Assembly: GCA_951406725.2 (NCBI GenBank)
Contig: OX597827.1
Span: 12,586,001 to 12,650,000 of the forward strand
Source of the DNA: Octopus vulgaris
Taxonomy: Eukaryota
DNA: 64,000 nt
Direction of reading: 5' to 3'
Positions within the stretch are counted from its first letter, which is position 1. The number at the start of each line of letters is the position of its first letter. The notes under the pieces were generated by a model that was not told the DNA's origin, searched no databases, and saw nothing but the letters and a program-made list of their open reading frames with translations. The translations under genes and the position numbers were made by a program. Shown here in pieces: positions 1-12,132 of this stretch.

Positions 1-501
<501 letters not shown>

Positions 502-775
502 GACAGTGATGTGTCTTTTCTAAGATGTAGATTTCTAACTTTAGTATAGTCCTAAGGCCTTGAGTGTTTTTTCCAGGATCAGTAGAGTTGATTAGATTGA
601 TCCCCAATAGTCAATTAGTTTTTTGTTTCTTTTTATATTTTATCAGTCACCATCTAGAGAAGAAGGAAGCCTCAGCAAGAGAGCCGCATTAAACACAACC
701 TTTGCAGAGGCAGTCTTTTGTGACAGAGAAAGAAATTAGAAGTTTATTTATAAAATTATTCTCAAAGGAAAAAAA

Positions 776-787
776 ATTATTATTATT

Positions 788-821
<34 letters not shown>

Positions 822-873
822 TTGTTGTTGTTGTTGCTGCTGTTATTATTATCATTGTTGTTGTTATTGTTGC

Positions 874-924
<51 letters not shown>

Positions 925-979
925 CATTATTATTATTATTATCATTATTATTATTATTATCATCAGTGTAGTAGTAGTT

Positions 980-1051
<72 letters not shown>
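776..1051. repeat. Compound (TTA)/(TTG)/(TAG)n microsatellite
   Basis: Seen directly. Confidence 0.95.
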
Positions 1052-1052
<1 letters not shown>

Positions 1053-1250
1053 GGTGGTGAGCTGGCAGAATTGTTAGCACACCGGGCGAAATGCTTTGCA
1101 GTATTTCGTCTGTCTTTATGTTCTGAGTTCAACTTCTGCTGCGATCAACTTTCATGGTGGATTAGATAAGTACCAGTTATGCACTGGGGTTGATGTAATT
1201 GACATCATCCCCTCCCCAAGCTGCCCTTGTTACAAAAATTTGAAATCATC
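1052..1250 (+). mobile_element. SINE family B (ATT-tailed variant)
   Basis: Head GGTGGTGAGCTGGCAGAATTGTTAGCAC and B-box-like GAGTTCAA; many homologous copies elsewhere in the window. Confidence 0.8.
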
Positions 1251-1326
1251 ATTCTTTGTTTTACTCTCTTTTACTTGTTTCAATCATCTGACTGTAGCCA
1301 TGCTGGAGCACTGCCTTTAGTCGAGC

Positions 1327-1703
1327 ATTTGTCTCTCTTACTCAATCTGGCAATATCCGACTGATGGTGTTCGATTACATATTCTGTCTGAAAATCATAG
1401 TCCCAGAGTATTGTTACCTTACCATCCTCCAGCATAACTTTACTTGGTACATGCTCATACCAGTTCTCTGTTACTTCATATTGGTATTTACGACATAAAA
1501 ATCAATGAAGATACACACACACTTAATGGTGGCAGCACTTGTATTCTTTTTGTGCAAGGCTCTCACATCCAGTTACCAAGTGGGTCACATTTTCCACACT
1601 CTTTCTGCAGAGTCTGCATTTCTGGGTGTCAGAAGTTTTATAGATGTTATACATCACTGAATTGGTAGCAAGTGCCTGGTCTTGTGCAGCAATGATCAAG
1701 TTT
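1327..1703 (-). pseudogene. R4/Dong-like RLE retrotransposon fragment (lineage R-e), CCHC region
   Basis: Minus strand reads LIIAAQDQALATN...CRLCRKSVENVTHLVTGC...ILWDYDFQT, homologous to the 31876-32757 ORF. The 5' end abuts (TAA)n; the 3' end is cut by a SINE A tail at about 1259-1326. Confidence 0.85.
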
Positions 1704-1729
1704 AATATTATTATTATTATTATTATTAA

Positions 1730-1804
<75 letters not shown>

Positions 1805-1850
1805 TATTATTATTATTTTTATTATTATTATTATCATTATTATTATTATT

Positions 1851-2060
1851 GAGGTGGTGACCTGGTAGAATCATTAGCTCATTGGAAAAATGCTTAGCAG
1901 CATTTAATCCTTTATGTTGTGAGTTCAAGTTCTGCCAGATCAGCTTTTCATTTCATCATCTTGGTCTCGATAAAATAAGTACCAGTCACATGTTGGGGCT
2001 GATGTAATCAATTTCTCCCGCCTCAAACACTGCTGAACCTGCACCAAAATTTGAAACCAT
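1851..2060 (+). mobile_element. SINE family B, degenerate
   Basis: Homologous to other B copies; begins directly after (ATT)n. Confidence 0.7.
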
Positions 2061-2069
2061 TTTTATTAT

Positions 2070-2228
2070 TGTTTTTATTTTCACTTAACTTCTGAATTTT
2101 TCGTGTCTATGTCATGTTTGAGGTCCATCCCAGAGCATAGAAACGCAATATTTTCCTCAACACATGAGCTGTGCCAAGCATTGCTGCTAACCGAATACTT
2201 TGTATGAACTTTGGTATTTGTGTATTAG
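2070..2228 (-). mobile_element. 3' end of R4/Dong-like element (lineage R-f)
   Basis: Minus strand reads IRLAAMLGTAHVLRKIL, matching the GTAHILRKIL C-terminus at about 32870-32907, followed by a short UTR and AATAAT. Confidence 0.7.
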
Positions 2229-2235
2229 CACCATT

Positions 2236-2462
2236 AAGGCAGAAAGCTGGCAAAATCTTTAGCACACCAGATAAAACGGTTAGTGGCATTTCGTTCATCT
2301 GTATGTTCTAGGTTCAAATTCTGCTAAGGTTGACTTTACCTTTCATCGTGTCTGCATCAGTAAATTAAGTACCAGTTGAGCACTGGGATCTATGTAAGCA
2401 ACTTAACCCCTCCTACTAAAATCAGGCCTTTTGGCTCTAATAGAAAAGATTATTATTACTGC

Positions 2463-2505
<43 letters not shown>
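2236..2505 (+). mobile_element. SINE family B with (ATT)n tail
   Basis: Head, central CCTTTCATC...AAATTAAGTACCAG, and tail TAGAAAAGATTATT. Confidence 0.8.
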
Positions 2506-2507
2506 AT

Positions 2508-2729
2508 CTTATGTTTGACTTTTGCTATATATTTGAACAAGTTGGCTCCAAGTCTCACCCAGAGACCTCAGGAGACAACAGGTTGGAAGTTCATGTTGTT
2601 GTTATGCCTAGTGTGCCATATATTTGATTTTTTTGGTGGGGTGTTGTACTAGTGAATGTCCAAAAAAAAAGAAACGAAAATTATGTTTGTTTTAAACCCT
2701 GAGATTACATAGAAAGTATTTTGTGGAGA

Positions 2730-2730
<1 letters not shown>
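2508..2730 (-). mobile_element. 3' UTR fragment of lineage R-a
   Basis: Reverse complement matches about 32890-33140; flanked by (TTA)n. Confidence 0.9.
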
Positions 2731-2776
<46 letters not shown>

Positions 2777-3133
2777 CTTATGTTTGACTTTTGCTTTACA
2801 TTTGTACAAGTTGGATCCAAGTTTCACCCAGAGACCTCAAGAGACAACAACCTGGATTCATGTTGGTGGTATTTGGTTTTGTACATAGTGTTGTTCTAGA
2901 GAATGTTTAAGAAACCATAAGAAAATTATGTTTGTTTTAAAACTTGAGATTACATAGAGAGTATTTTGCATAGGATATGGGCAGTTCCCATGAGCACTAT
3001 CTTTTGAATTTCTGCCATTTTGGGGTTTCCTGGTATCTGAGCTAGGTAGCAATCGGCCCTTTTTGCTATGATTCCCAGGGCACCTATGACATTAGGTATT
3101 GTTTTAGTCTTCAGGTTCTACATTTAGGTATTG

Positions 3134-3135
<2 letters not shown>
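2777..3135 (-). mobile_element. 3' fragment of lineage R-a (ORF end plus UTR)
   Basis: Reverse complement matches about 32740-33140 with an internal UTR deletion; flanked by (TTA)n. Confidence 0.9.
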
Positions 3136-3194
<59 letters not shown>

Positions 3195-3197
<3 letters not shown>

Positions 3198-3748
3198 TAG
3201 TATATTTTTTATATCGTGCTTTCACTTCACTACCGAGCGCAGCTCTGTGTGCCTTGGGTATGTGCTGTGATTTGTTGTGATGCTCTGATGGTTATTGTAT
3301 GGAAAGTGTTCTGCATAGGATGTGTGCAGTGCCTGGTAGTGCAATTTTCTGTATGTTATATGTGTTTGAAAGTCCATGTGTTTTTGCTATGTATTTGTCT
3401 GAATATTTTTTTATCATGCCTAATGCATCTATTATGATAGGAATTGTTTCTGTGTTTAGATTCCACATTCTGGTTACCTCTATTTCCAGGTCTTTGTATT
3501 TTGAAAGTTTCTCCATTTCTTTTAGAGACACGTTGTCATCCGCTGGTATTGATACATCAATTAGAAAACATTTTTTTCTTCATGATCTCTGACAACTATA
3601 TCTGGTCTGTTGGCCTTAATTTCTCTATCTGTGTGTATCGGCATATCCCAGAGTATGGTTGCTTTCTCGTTTTCTGTGACCTTTTCTGGTGTGTGCCTAT
3701 ACCATCTTTTTTCTGTTGTTATTCCGTAATGTTGGCATAGCTTCCAGT

Positions 3749-3750
<2 letters not shown>
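3195..3750 (-). pseudogene. R4/Dong-like RLE domain fragment (lineage R-d)
   Basis: HWKLCQHYG...ILWDMPIHTDREIKANRPDIVV, one frameshift near 3575, then LIDVSIP...EKLSKYKDLEIEVTRMW...GTAHILCRTL; (TTA)n on both sides. Confidence 0.92.
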
Positions 3751-3785
<35 letters not shown>

Positions 3786-3809
3786 TATTATTATTATTAA
3801 TACTATTAC

Positions 3810-3869
<60 letters not shown>

Positions 3870-3905
3870 TATTACTATTATTATTATTATTATTAATACT
3901 ATTAC

Positions 3906-3957
<52 letters not shown>

Positions 3958-4537
3958 ATTACTACTATTATTATTATTATTATTATTACATGATGGGTGG
4001 ATTGACTGAGTCATTGCATCATCAGAAAAATGCATTATGCTGTTTGTTCAGGCACTTTACTTTCTGAGTTGAAATTCCTTCAGGGTTATCATCTTTACGC
4101 ATCATACTTCCAGAGGTGGGGATTAGAGCACAGTGGTGACAAAATAGGGATCAAGTACTGAGTTTGATTTGATCAACTAATCCCTTCTCCCCCACCACCC
4201 GACTCCCACTGCTAAATCTGAAGCCTTGGGTGTCTATGTTAGGAACTAATTATTACATAGTTTCAATGGTAATAATGACAGTAACAACGTAAATCACGAT
4301 GATGATGATGATGATGATGAGGAGGAGGAGGAGGAGGAAGACTGCATTCCTATGGTGATGATGATGACTGAAGAGAATGATGACAACAACTATGGTTGCA
4401 ATAATGAAAACAATGAAAATGAAGTTTAATGATAAGGATGATGACAGTGTTGATGATGATGATGATGATGATGATGATGACGATGATGATGACGATTTGA
4501 TAATGACGATGATGATTTGATGATGATGATGATGATT

Positions 4538-4569
<32 letters not shown>

Positions 4570-4817
4570 AATGATTATGACAATGATTCTGGCGTGAGAA
4601 AGGGTTCAGTGATAGCAGTGAGGATGTCAGCTGTGGTAATGTTGCTGCTATTTTTAGCAGCCCCAGGACCCGTTTTGATCAAAGAGACCCTATAAATTTC
4701 TAAGGGGGTATGTCTAGAACAGAATTAACCAAGATGTCTTTGCCTTCAATTAATTATAGGAGAGAAGGAGTTTCAGTGACAGCTTCTAATAGATCATTAG
4801 GTTATGCTGATAATGAT

Positions 4818-5120
4818 TGTGGTGGTGGCGGTGGTGGTGGTGGTGGTGGTGGTGGTGGTGGCAGTGGTACGGCAGCGGTGGTGGTGGCGGCGGTGGTGGT
4901 GGTGGTGGCGGTGGTGGTGGTGGTGGCGGCAGTGGCGGTGGTGGTGATGGTGGTGGTGGTGGCGGAGGTGGTGGTGGTGGTGGTGGTTTTGGGGGGGTTT
5001 GTGGTGGTGGCGGTGGTGGTGGCAGTGGTACGGTGGCGGTGGTGGTGGCGGCGGTGGTGGTGGCGGTGGTGGTGGTGGTGGTGGTGGTTGCTATGGTGGT
5101 GGTCGTGGTGGTGGTGCTGG
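4818..5120. repeat. (GGT/GGC)n microsatellite
   Basis: Seen directly. Confidence 0.9.
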
Positions 5121-5404
5121 TCATGCTAGTAGGCATTAGATAGTAAATCATCTTCATTAGCCACATAGTCATTCCCAGATTTATGTGTGTACGTCCCGTG
5201 TGTGTGTGCACATAACCGTGTGTGTGTGTATGTGCATGCATGCATGTGTACATTTGTGTGTACATTCGTGTGTGATCCTCAAGCTTTCTTCAAAAGTGTC
5301 AGCAGTGTGGTATTGATGCATATTAATGATGAGAATTTCAAACTAGCTCAGACCCAGAACCTTAATATTGTTATTTGGAGTTTGGCTATATCAATTAAAT
5401 TCAA

Positions 5405-6015
5405 TACAGTGTGTCCCAGAAGTCGCTCACCATTACTCTTTACTATTTTACTTGTTTCAGTCATTTGACTGCGGCCATGCTGGAGCACCACCGCCTTTAG
5501 TCCAGCAAATCGACCCCGGGACTTATTCTCTTGTAAGCCCAGTACTTATTCTATCGGTCTCTTTTGCCGAACCGCTAATTGACGGGGACGTAAACACACC
5601 AGCATCGGTTGTCAAGCAATGCTAGGGGGACAAACACAGACACACAAACACACACACATACACATATATACGTATATATGACAGGCTTCTTTCAGTTTCC
5701 GTCTACCAAATCCACACACAAGGCATTGGTCGGCCCGGGGCTATAGCAGAAGACATTTGTTCAGTGGGAATGAACTCGGAACCATGTGGTTGGTTAGCAA
5801 GCTACTTACCACACAGCCACTCCTGCGCCATTCTGGCTTTCATTAAAAATAATTAAATCATTTTATTTTATTATATTTTTTCGGCATGTTTTATTGTAGA
5901 GGGTGCTTAATTTGAGCATTTGTTATGATTAATTTCAATATCGTATTTTTGAAATCAGTAAGGGTGTATTCTTTTAAAAAACCAGGATGGTGCACAACTT
6001 CTGGGACACCCTGTA
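5405..6015. mobile_element. Tc1/mariner-type MITE interrupted by SINE A
   Basis: TACAGTGTGTCCCAGAAGTCGCTCACCA (5405) matches the reverse complement of 5988-6015 at 24/28; TA termini. Confidence 0.75.
5434..5829 (-). mobile_element. SINE family A, full length
   Basis: tRNA-like head GGCGCAGGAGTGGCTGTGTGGTAAG, internal TA/TG tract, tail GGTGCTCCAGCATGGCCGCAGTCAAATGACTGAAAC. Confidence 0.9.
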
Positions 6016-6026
6016 TATCACAGTAT

Positions 6027-6245
6027 TAAGGTGGAAAGTTGGTAGAAGTGTGAGCACGCAGGCAAAATGCTTAGCAGGATTTGATCAATCTTTACGTTCC
6101 GAGTTCAAATTCTGCAGAGGTCGACTTTGCTTTCGTCTTTTCAGGGTTGATAAAATAAGTACCAGTTGAACATCGGGGTCAATGTAATCGACTTAACTCT
6201 TCCACCAAAATTGCTGACCTTGTGCCAAAATTTGATGCCAATATA
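6027..6245 (+). mobile_element. SINE family B
   Basis: GAGTTCAAATTCTGCAGAGGTCGACTTTGC...GATAAAATAAGTACCAG. Confidence 0.8.
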
Positions 6246-6696
6246 TTACAGCATTAATAAATGTAGATATTTCTAAAAGCACAAAAATTCATAGAACTGG
6301 TTCTGAACACTGTCTTCTGTAGCATTAAGCAGATGTGACATAAACATTTCATTGGATATGCTATTTGCAAAGAAGGTCACTTGTCCCAGTGATATCAGCA
6401 AAATGCCATGAATTCATTGGACTGATTCTAAACTCTGATAAATAAACCTTTTTCCATGGACAAGAATATTAAAAGAATGAAATATTCCAGATCAAGATAT
6501 CCTAGGAAATGCCAAAGTCTCTTGGAGCTATTTCTTAACCCTGAATTATCACAATTCTCCTCCTCCTCCTCCTCATCATCATCATCATCATTACCACCAC
6601 CACTACTACCACCTTTCTATCCTTTCTGTTATAAGCACAAGGCTCAACTGGTACTTATTTTATCAACTCTTAAAGGGTAAAAGGCAAAATCGACTT

Positions 6697-7100
6697 GAGT
6701 GGCTGTGTGGTAAGTAGTTTGCTTATGAACCACATGGTTCCGGGTTCAGTCCCACAGCGTGACACCTTGGGCAAGTGTCTTCTACTATAGCCTCAGGCCG
6801 ACCAAAGCTTTGTGAGTGAACTTGATAGACAAAAGCTGAAAGAAGCCTTTCATATATATGTATACATATATATATGTATGTGTGTGTATATGTTTGTGTG
6901 TCTGTGCTTGTCCCACCAACATCGCTTGACAACCAATGCTGGTGTGTTTATGTTCCTGTAACTTAGCAGTTCAGCAAAAGAGACTGATAGAATAAGTACT
7001 AGGCTTACAAAGAATAAGTCCTGGGGTCGATTTGTTCGACTAAAGGCGGTGCTCCAGCATGGCCACAGTCAAATGACTGAAACAAGTAAAAGAGTACAAG
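6697..7100 (+). mobile_element. SINE family A, nested in a minus-strand SINE B (about 6610-7150)
   Basis: Full A body and tail; B-family sequence on both flanks. Confidence 0.85.
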
Positions 7101-7164
7101 AAATGCTGATAAGTATTTCGATCAGCATGCTAATGATTTCTGCCAGCTCTGATTTAATGAAAAC

Positions 7165-7384
7165 AGTCCTTTCTACTATAGGCAGAAGGCTTGAAATTTT
7201 AGGGGAATTTTAATTGATTATTACATCAACCGAGTACTCAAATGGTATTTATTTTATCAACCTCGAAAGGATGAAAGGCAAAGTCAACCTCGGCAAATTT
7301 TGAACTCAGAACATAACGACAGATGAAATACAGCAAAGCATTTCATCCAGCATGCTAACAATTCTGCCAAGCTCACCACCTTAA
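7165..7384 (-). mobile_element. SINE family B
   Basis: Reverse complement of the B consensus seen in the window. Confidence 0.85.
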
Positions 7385-7386
7385 TG

Positions 7387-7420
<34 letters not shown>

Positions 7421-7461
7421 TAATAATAATAATAATAATGATAATAATAATAATAATAATG

Positions 7462-7497
<36 letters not shown>

Positions 7498-7498
7498 T

Positions 7499-8019
7499 TG
7501 GCTCTCATGGCTTCTGATCTTAACTGATTGGAAGTGTTATCATGTACATTGTTTTGTCTTGGTATAAAAGATGAGCTACAGAAATATACCACAGATTTGC
7601 TTGTCAGTTGTTTGACCTTAACCAGTTGAGCATGTCTCTTAGTGGCTGACGATATGTGCATCTCTGATCATGAGCAGAAGTAGTGGGGGAGCATCATAGC
7701 CATGTGTTGAGAGGGATTCTTTGGGGTTTGAATAATTCACCTCTGGAAACATGGGTGGTTCTTTCAACATCCTTAAACAACCCTTATTCAGGGACCTTTT
7801 GAGCAGGATGGGCTACTCAACCTGAAGAAAATTCTAACTGGGCCCCACCTGCAAGGTCATGTGCTGTTTATCTTGATATGAGATCACCATGTCGCGCACA
7901 TATGGTTGTGATGCATGTGCCTGGTGTACCCTTATCAGACGGGTAGTCATGATGGGTATACTGGGCTTCGTATATTTTACCCCAGTGTCACTTTGATGGC
8001 ATGAACTGCTCTCTCACTC
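7499..8019 (+). mobile_element. ~520-bp non-coding (TAA)n-inserted element, copy 1
   Basis: Near-identical to 33287-33820 with almost the same ends; (TAA)n on both sides. Strand is inferred from TAA polarity. Confidence 0.85.
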
Positions 8020-8081
<62 letters not shown>

Positions 8082-8086
8082 TAATA

Positions 8087-8466
8087 ATATAAAGACCTGC
8101 TAATAGAAATTGAAAAAAATGTAGCATCTCAAGGCGACTACAGTACCAGTGATTATAGGATCTCTAGGAATGATAAAAAAAGGTACTGAAACCTATTTGA
8201 AAATGACTTCCAGGCTTACCATCCCTACAGGAAGTGCAAAAAATCGTATTAACTGGAATGGCTCATGTACTGAGAAAAGCACTATCGCTGTGAAAATAAC
8301 ATCGATCCATGAATTTATTTATTTATTAATTTTTAAATATATATTTTATCTGTGAATTTGCGCGTGTAATCTGGGAATGCATATCATTCCTAGAGATCCT
8401 ACAATCACTGGTACTGTAGTCACCTTGAGATGCCACATTTTTTCAATTTCTATTAGCAGGTCTTTA

Positions 8467-8502
<36 letters not shown>

Positions 8503-8620
8503 GATGGTGAGCTTGGCAGAATTGTTTACATGCTGTATGAATTCTCTGCCCTAGGTGTATGGAAAACACTCGGTGAGAAACGGAAGAAAATTTGAAGAAA
8601 GGAGGAAAAAACATCATCAT
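8087..8620 (+). mobile_element. 3' fragment of R4/Dong-like lineage R-b carrying an internal inverted duplication (8382-8535)
   Basis: YKDLLIEIEK...PVIIGSLGMIKKG...; the 3' end GCCCTAGG...CACTCGG matches 34305-34370. Confidence 0.88.
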
Positions 8621-8640
8621 AATAATAATAATAATAGTAA

Positions 8641-8861
8641 TAATCCTTCTACTATAGGCACAAAGCCTAAAATTTAAGTGGGGAGGGGCATAAGTTGATT
8701 ACATCAATCCCAGTGCATAACTGGTACTTATTTCATCGACCCCGAAAGGATGAAAGGTAAAGTTGACCTCGGCAGAACTTGAACTCAGAATGCAGTGACA
8801 GGCAAAACACTGCTAAGAATTTTGTCCAGCATGCTAATGATTCTGCCAGCTTGCTGCCTAT

Positions 8862-8915
<54 letters not shown>

Positions 8916-9152
8916 TTCTACTATAGGCACAAGCCTGAATTTTGGGGAAGGAACTAGTCGATTACATCAACCCCAGTACTCAGCGGGTACTTATTTAATC
9001 AACCCTAAAAGGATGCTAAGCAAAGTGGGCCTCAGCAGAGTTTGAACCCAGATTCTGAAGATATGAAATGCTGCTAAGCATTTTGCCCAGCGTGCTAGTA
9101 ATTGTACCAAGCTCACCACCTTAATAATAACAATAATAATAATAATAATAAT

Positions 9153-9185
<33 letters not shown>

Positions 9186-9552
9186 AATAATAATAATAAT
9201 CCTTTCTACTATAAGCACAAGGCCTGAAATTTTAGGGGAGGGGACTAGTCAATTGCATTGACCCCAGTGCATAACTGGTATTTATTTCATCAACCCCAAT
9301 AATAATAATGATAATCCTTTTTTATTATAGGCAGAAGGCTTGAAATGTTGTGTTGGGTTGGGAGGAGCTAGTTGATTACATTGACCCCTACTACACAACT
9401 GGTTCATATTTTATCGCCCCACCCCCCCAAAAAAAAATAAGATAAAAGACAAAGTTGACCTAGGTAGAATTTGCACTCAGAATGTAAAAATGGACAAAAT
9501 ACTACTAAGCATTTTGCCCATCATGTAAATGATACAGCTAGCTCCCTGCCTT
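8641..9552 (-). mobile_element. Head-to-tail array of about 4 SINE B copies separated by (TAA)n
   Basis: Copies at about 8641-8860, 8915-9123, 9199-9297 and 9313-9552. Confidence 0.8.
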
Positions 9553-9553
9553 C

Positions 9554-9595
<42 letters not shown>

Positions 9596-9607
9596 GCAAT
9601 AATAATG

Positions 9608-9641
<34 letters not shown>

Positions 9642-9657
9642 TAATAATAATAATAGC

Positions 9658-9689
<32 letters not shown>

Positions 9690-9694
<5 letters not shown>

Positions 9695-9762
9695 TTCTTT
9701 GCCCTAGGTGTCGGGAAGACACTCGGCAAGAAATGGAAGCAAATTTGAAAGAAGAAAAAAAA

Positions 9763-9764
<2 letters not shown>
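9690..9764 (+). mobile_element. 75-bp terminal fragment of lineage R-b in (TAA)n
   Basis: Nearly identical to about 34296-34363. Confidence 0.85.
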
Positions 9765-9793
<29 letters not shown>

Positions 9794-9904
9794 ACAATAA
9801 TAATAATAATAATAATAATAATGATAATAATAATAATAATAGTAATAATGATAATAATAATAATAATAGTAATAATAATAATAACAACAACAATAATACT
9901 AATA

Positions 9905-10008
9905 CAGTGACAGCTAGGATACTTAGGAGGGTTCTTGGTATCTAAGGCAAGTTGTTGTAGCCTGATGTTAGGATTCTTTTCCAAGTCTAAATCTGTTGAG
10001 TGTATATG
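9905..10008 (+). mobile_element. 3' end of R4/Dong-like lineage R-c in (TAA)n
   Basis: TARILRRVLGI-stop, about 65-nt UTR, then AATAAT. Confidence 0.7.
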
Positions 10009-10018
10009 AATAATAATA

Positions 10019-10067
<49 letters not shown>

Positions 10068-10068
<1 letters not shown>

Positions 10069-10960
10069 TCATTTTGGTACAAGGCCAGCAATTTCAGAAG
10101 AGGGTAGAAGTCAATTACATTGACTCCCGTTCTCTATCGGTACTTATTTTATCAACCCCCAAAAAGATGAAAGGCAAAGTCAACCCTGGTGAAATTTGAA
10201 CTCTGAATGTGAAGAAGAACAAATTGCCACTAAGCATTTTGCATGGAGCGGGGCTATAAGGACCCACTACATGAGAAACAAAATAATTATGCAGAAACAT
10301 GTTGATATATAGCTATACAGTAAATGTAGGAGTGGATAAAAACAAAATAACATTTAAATTCAAAAAGAAAAAAAAAACAGCAAAAACAATAATAGTCCTT
10401 TCTCCTAAAGGCACAAGGCCTGAAATTTGGTGGGAAGAGGCTAGGCAACTATGTATTTTATCGACCCCACAAAAAAGATGAAAGGCAAAGTTGATCTTAG
10501 TGGAATTTGAACTCAGAATGTAAAAATGGACAAAATACTGCTTAGCGTTTTGCCTATCATGTAAATGACACAGCTAGCTCACCACCTTAATAATAATAAT
10601 AATAATCCTTTTTACTATAGGTACACAGTATGATATGTTAGGGGAGGAGGCCAGTTGATTAGATGACCTCAGTATGCAACTGGTACTTAAATTATCAACC
10701 TTGAAAGGATGAAAGACAGCTAGCTCACCACCTTAATAATAATAATAATCCTTTCTACTATATATTTCTTTACTACCCACAAGGGGCTAAACACAGAGGG
10801 GACAAACAAGGACAGACAAATGGATTAAGTCGATTACATCGACCCCAGTGTGTAACTGGTACTTAATTTATCGACCCTGACAGGATGAAAGGCAAAGTAA
10901 ACCTCGGCGGAATTTGAACTCAGAACGTAACAGCAGACGAAATGCTGCTAAGCATTTTGT
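10068..10960 (-). mobile_element. Cluster of SINE B copies, partly locally duplicated
   Basis: Copies at about 10068-10241, 10395-10590, 10605-10735 and 10763-10960 (the last has the B1 tail). Confidence 0.75.
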
Positions 10961-11596
10961 CTGGAGTGGGGCTATAAGGACCCACTACATGAAAAACAAA
11001 ATAATTACACAGAAACATGTTGATACGTAGCTATACAATAACTGTGGGAGTAGGTAAAAATAAAATAACATTTAAATACAAAAACGAAAGAACAAAAACA
11101 ATAATAATAATAACAATGAAGGCTATGTTAATAATAATTTGAATAAATAATGTTTACTGCCAGGCTATCCACAAATTATGTCCAGTCAAGGAACTGCGGA
11201 AACAGATTGTTAAGAAGTGATGGCATAATAAGACGGAATTCAAAAGGAAATTCCTTTCAATGTAGATCAAAAACTTTATTGTGGACCTCACTTGCCAAAA
11301 TATTACCTGATGCTCTATAGTATCCCTAACTGTAAGAGTAAAGGCCATGTATTTATGTCCCTACCCAGCCAGACTATATGACTGATCTTTCCACCCCTAG
11401 ATTCTTATCCTTCTGGAATTACCTCTTAGCTTATATATTTCTTATTTCTTTATTTCCCACAAGAGGTTAAACACAGAGGGGACAAACAAGGGCAGACGAA
11501 GGGATTAAGTCAATTATATCGACCCCTGTGCGTAACTGGTACTTAATTTATCAACCCCGATAATTATATATTTACATAAAATTCATATATTTCTTG

Positions 11597-11840
11597 TGGA
11601 GGCATCTGGTTTAGCATGCTGGACTCGTGGTTGTAAGATTGTGGTTTTGACTCCTGGACCAAATGACATGATGTTTCCTTGAGCAAAACACTTCATTTCA
11701 CATTGCTCCAGTCCACTCGTCTGACAAAACTGAGTAAGCCTCTAAGAGACCAACATCCCATCCAGTGTGGTATGTATGCACCATGGAAACCTGGAAAACT
11801 GACCCCTATGAGTTTATGAGTCAGAAACGATCTTTACCCT
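11597..11840 (+). mobile_element. SINE family F (tRNA head, CORE-like body, tail V), degenerate
   Basis: CCTTGAGCAAAACACTTCATTTCACATTGCTCCAGTCCACTC is shared with families D and E; the tail is shared with 29426-29530. Confidence 0.65.
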
Positions 11841-12057
11841 TTTTTTTTTTGCAACCTTTACATTTTTTCATGTAGCTGTCACTATGTAACTAACCAATAG
11901 GAAAATAAAATCCCTCCATCGCAACAGGTATATGGAAGGCCTTCTACAGCCATTGGTATGGTCCCTTCTTCCACAAAAAAAAACCCCCAATAAAAACTAC
12001 ATAACTGTAAAATACGAATAACTGAATTGATCTCTGTACACATATATACATAAACAC

Positions 12058-12059
<2 letters not shown>

Positions 12060-12132
<73 letters not shown>

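Noticed and set aside
7165-11120. CRISPR-like repeat-spacer array (TAA tracts alternating with inserts)
   Set aside because: The context is eukaryotic, lengths are variable, the inserts are recognisable retroelement fragments, and there are no cas genes.
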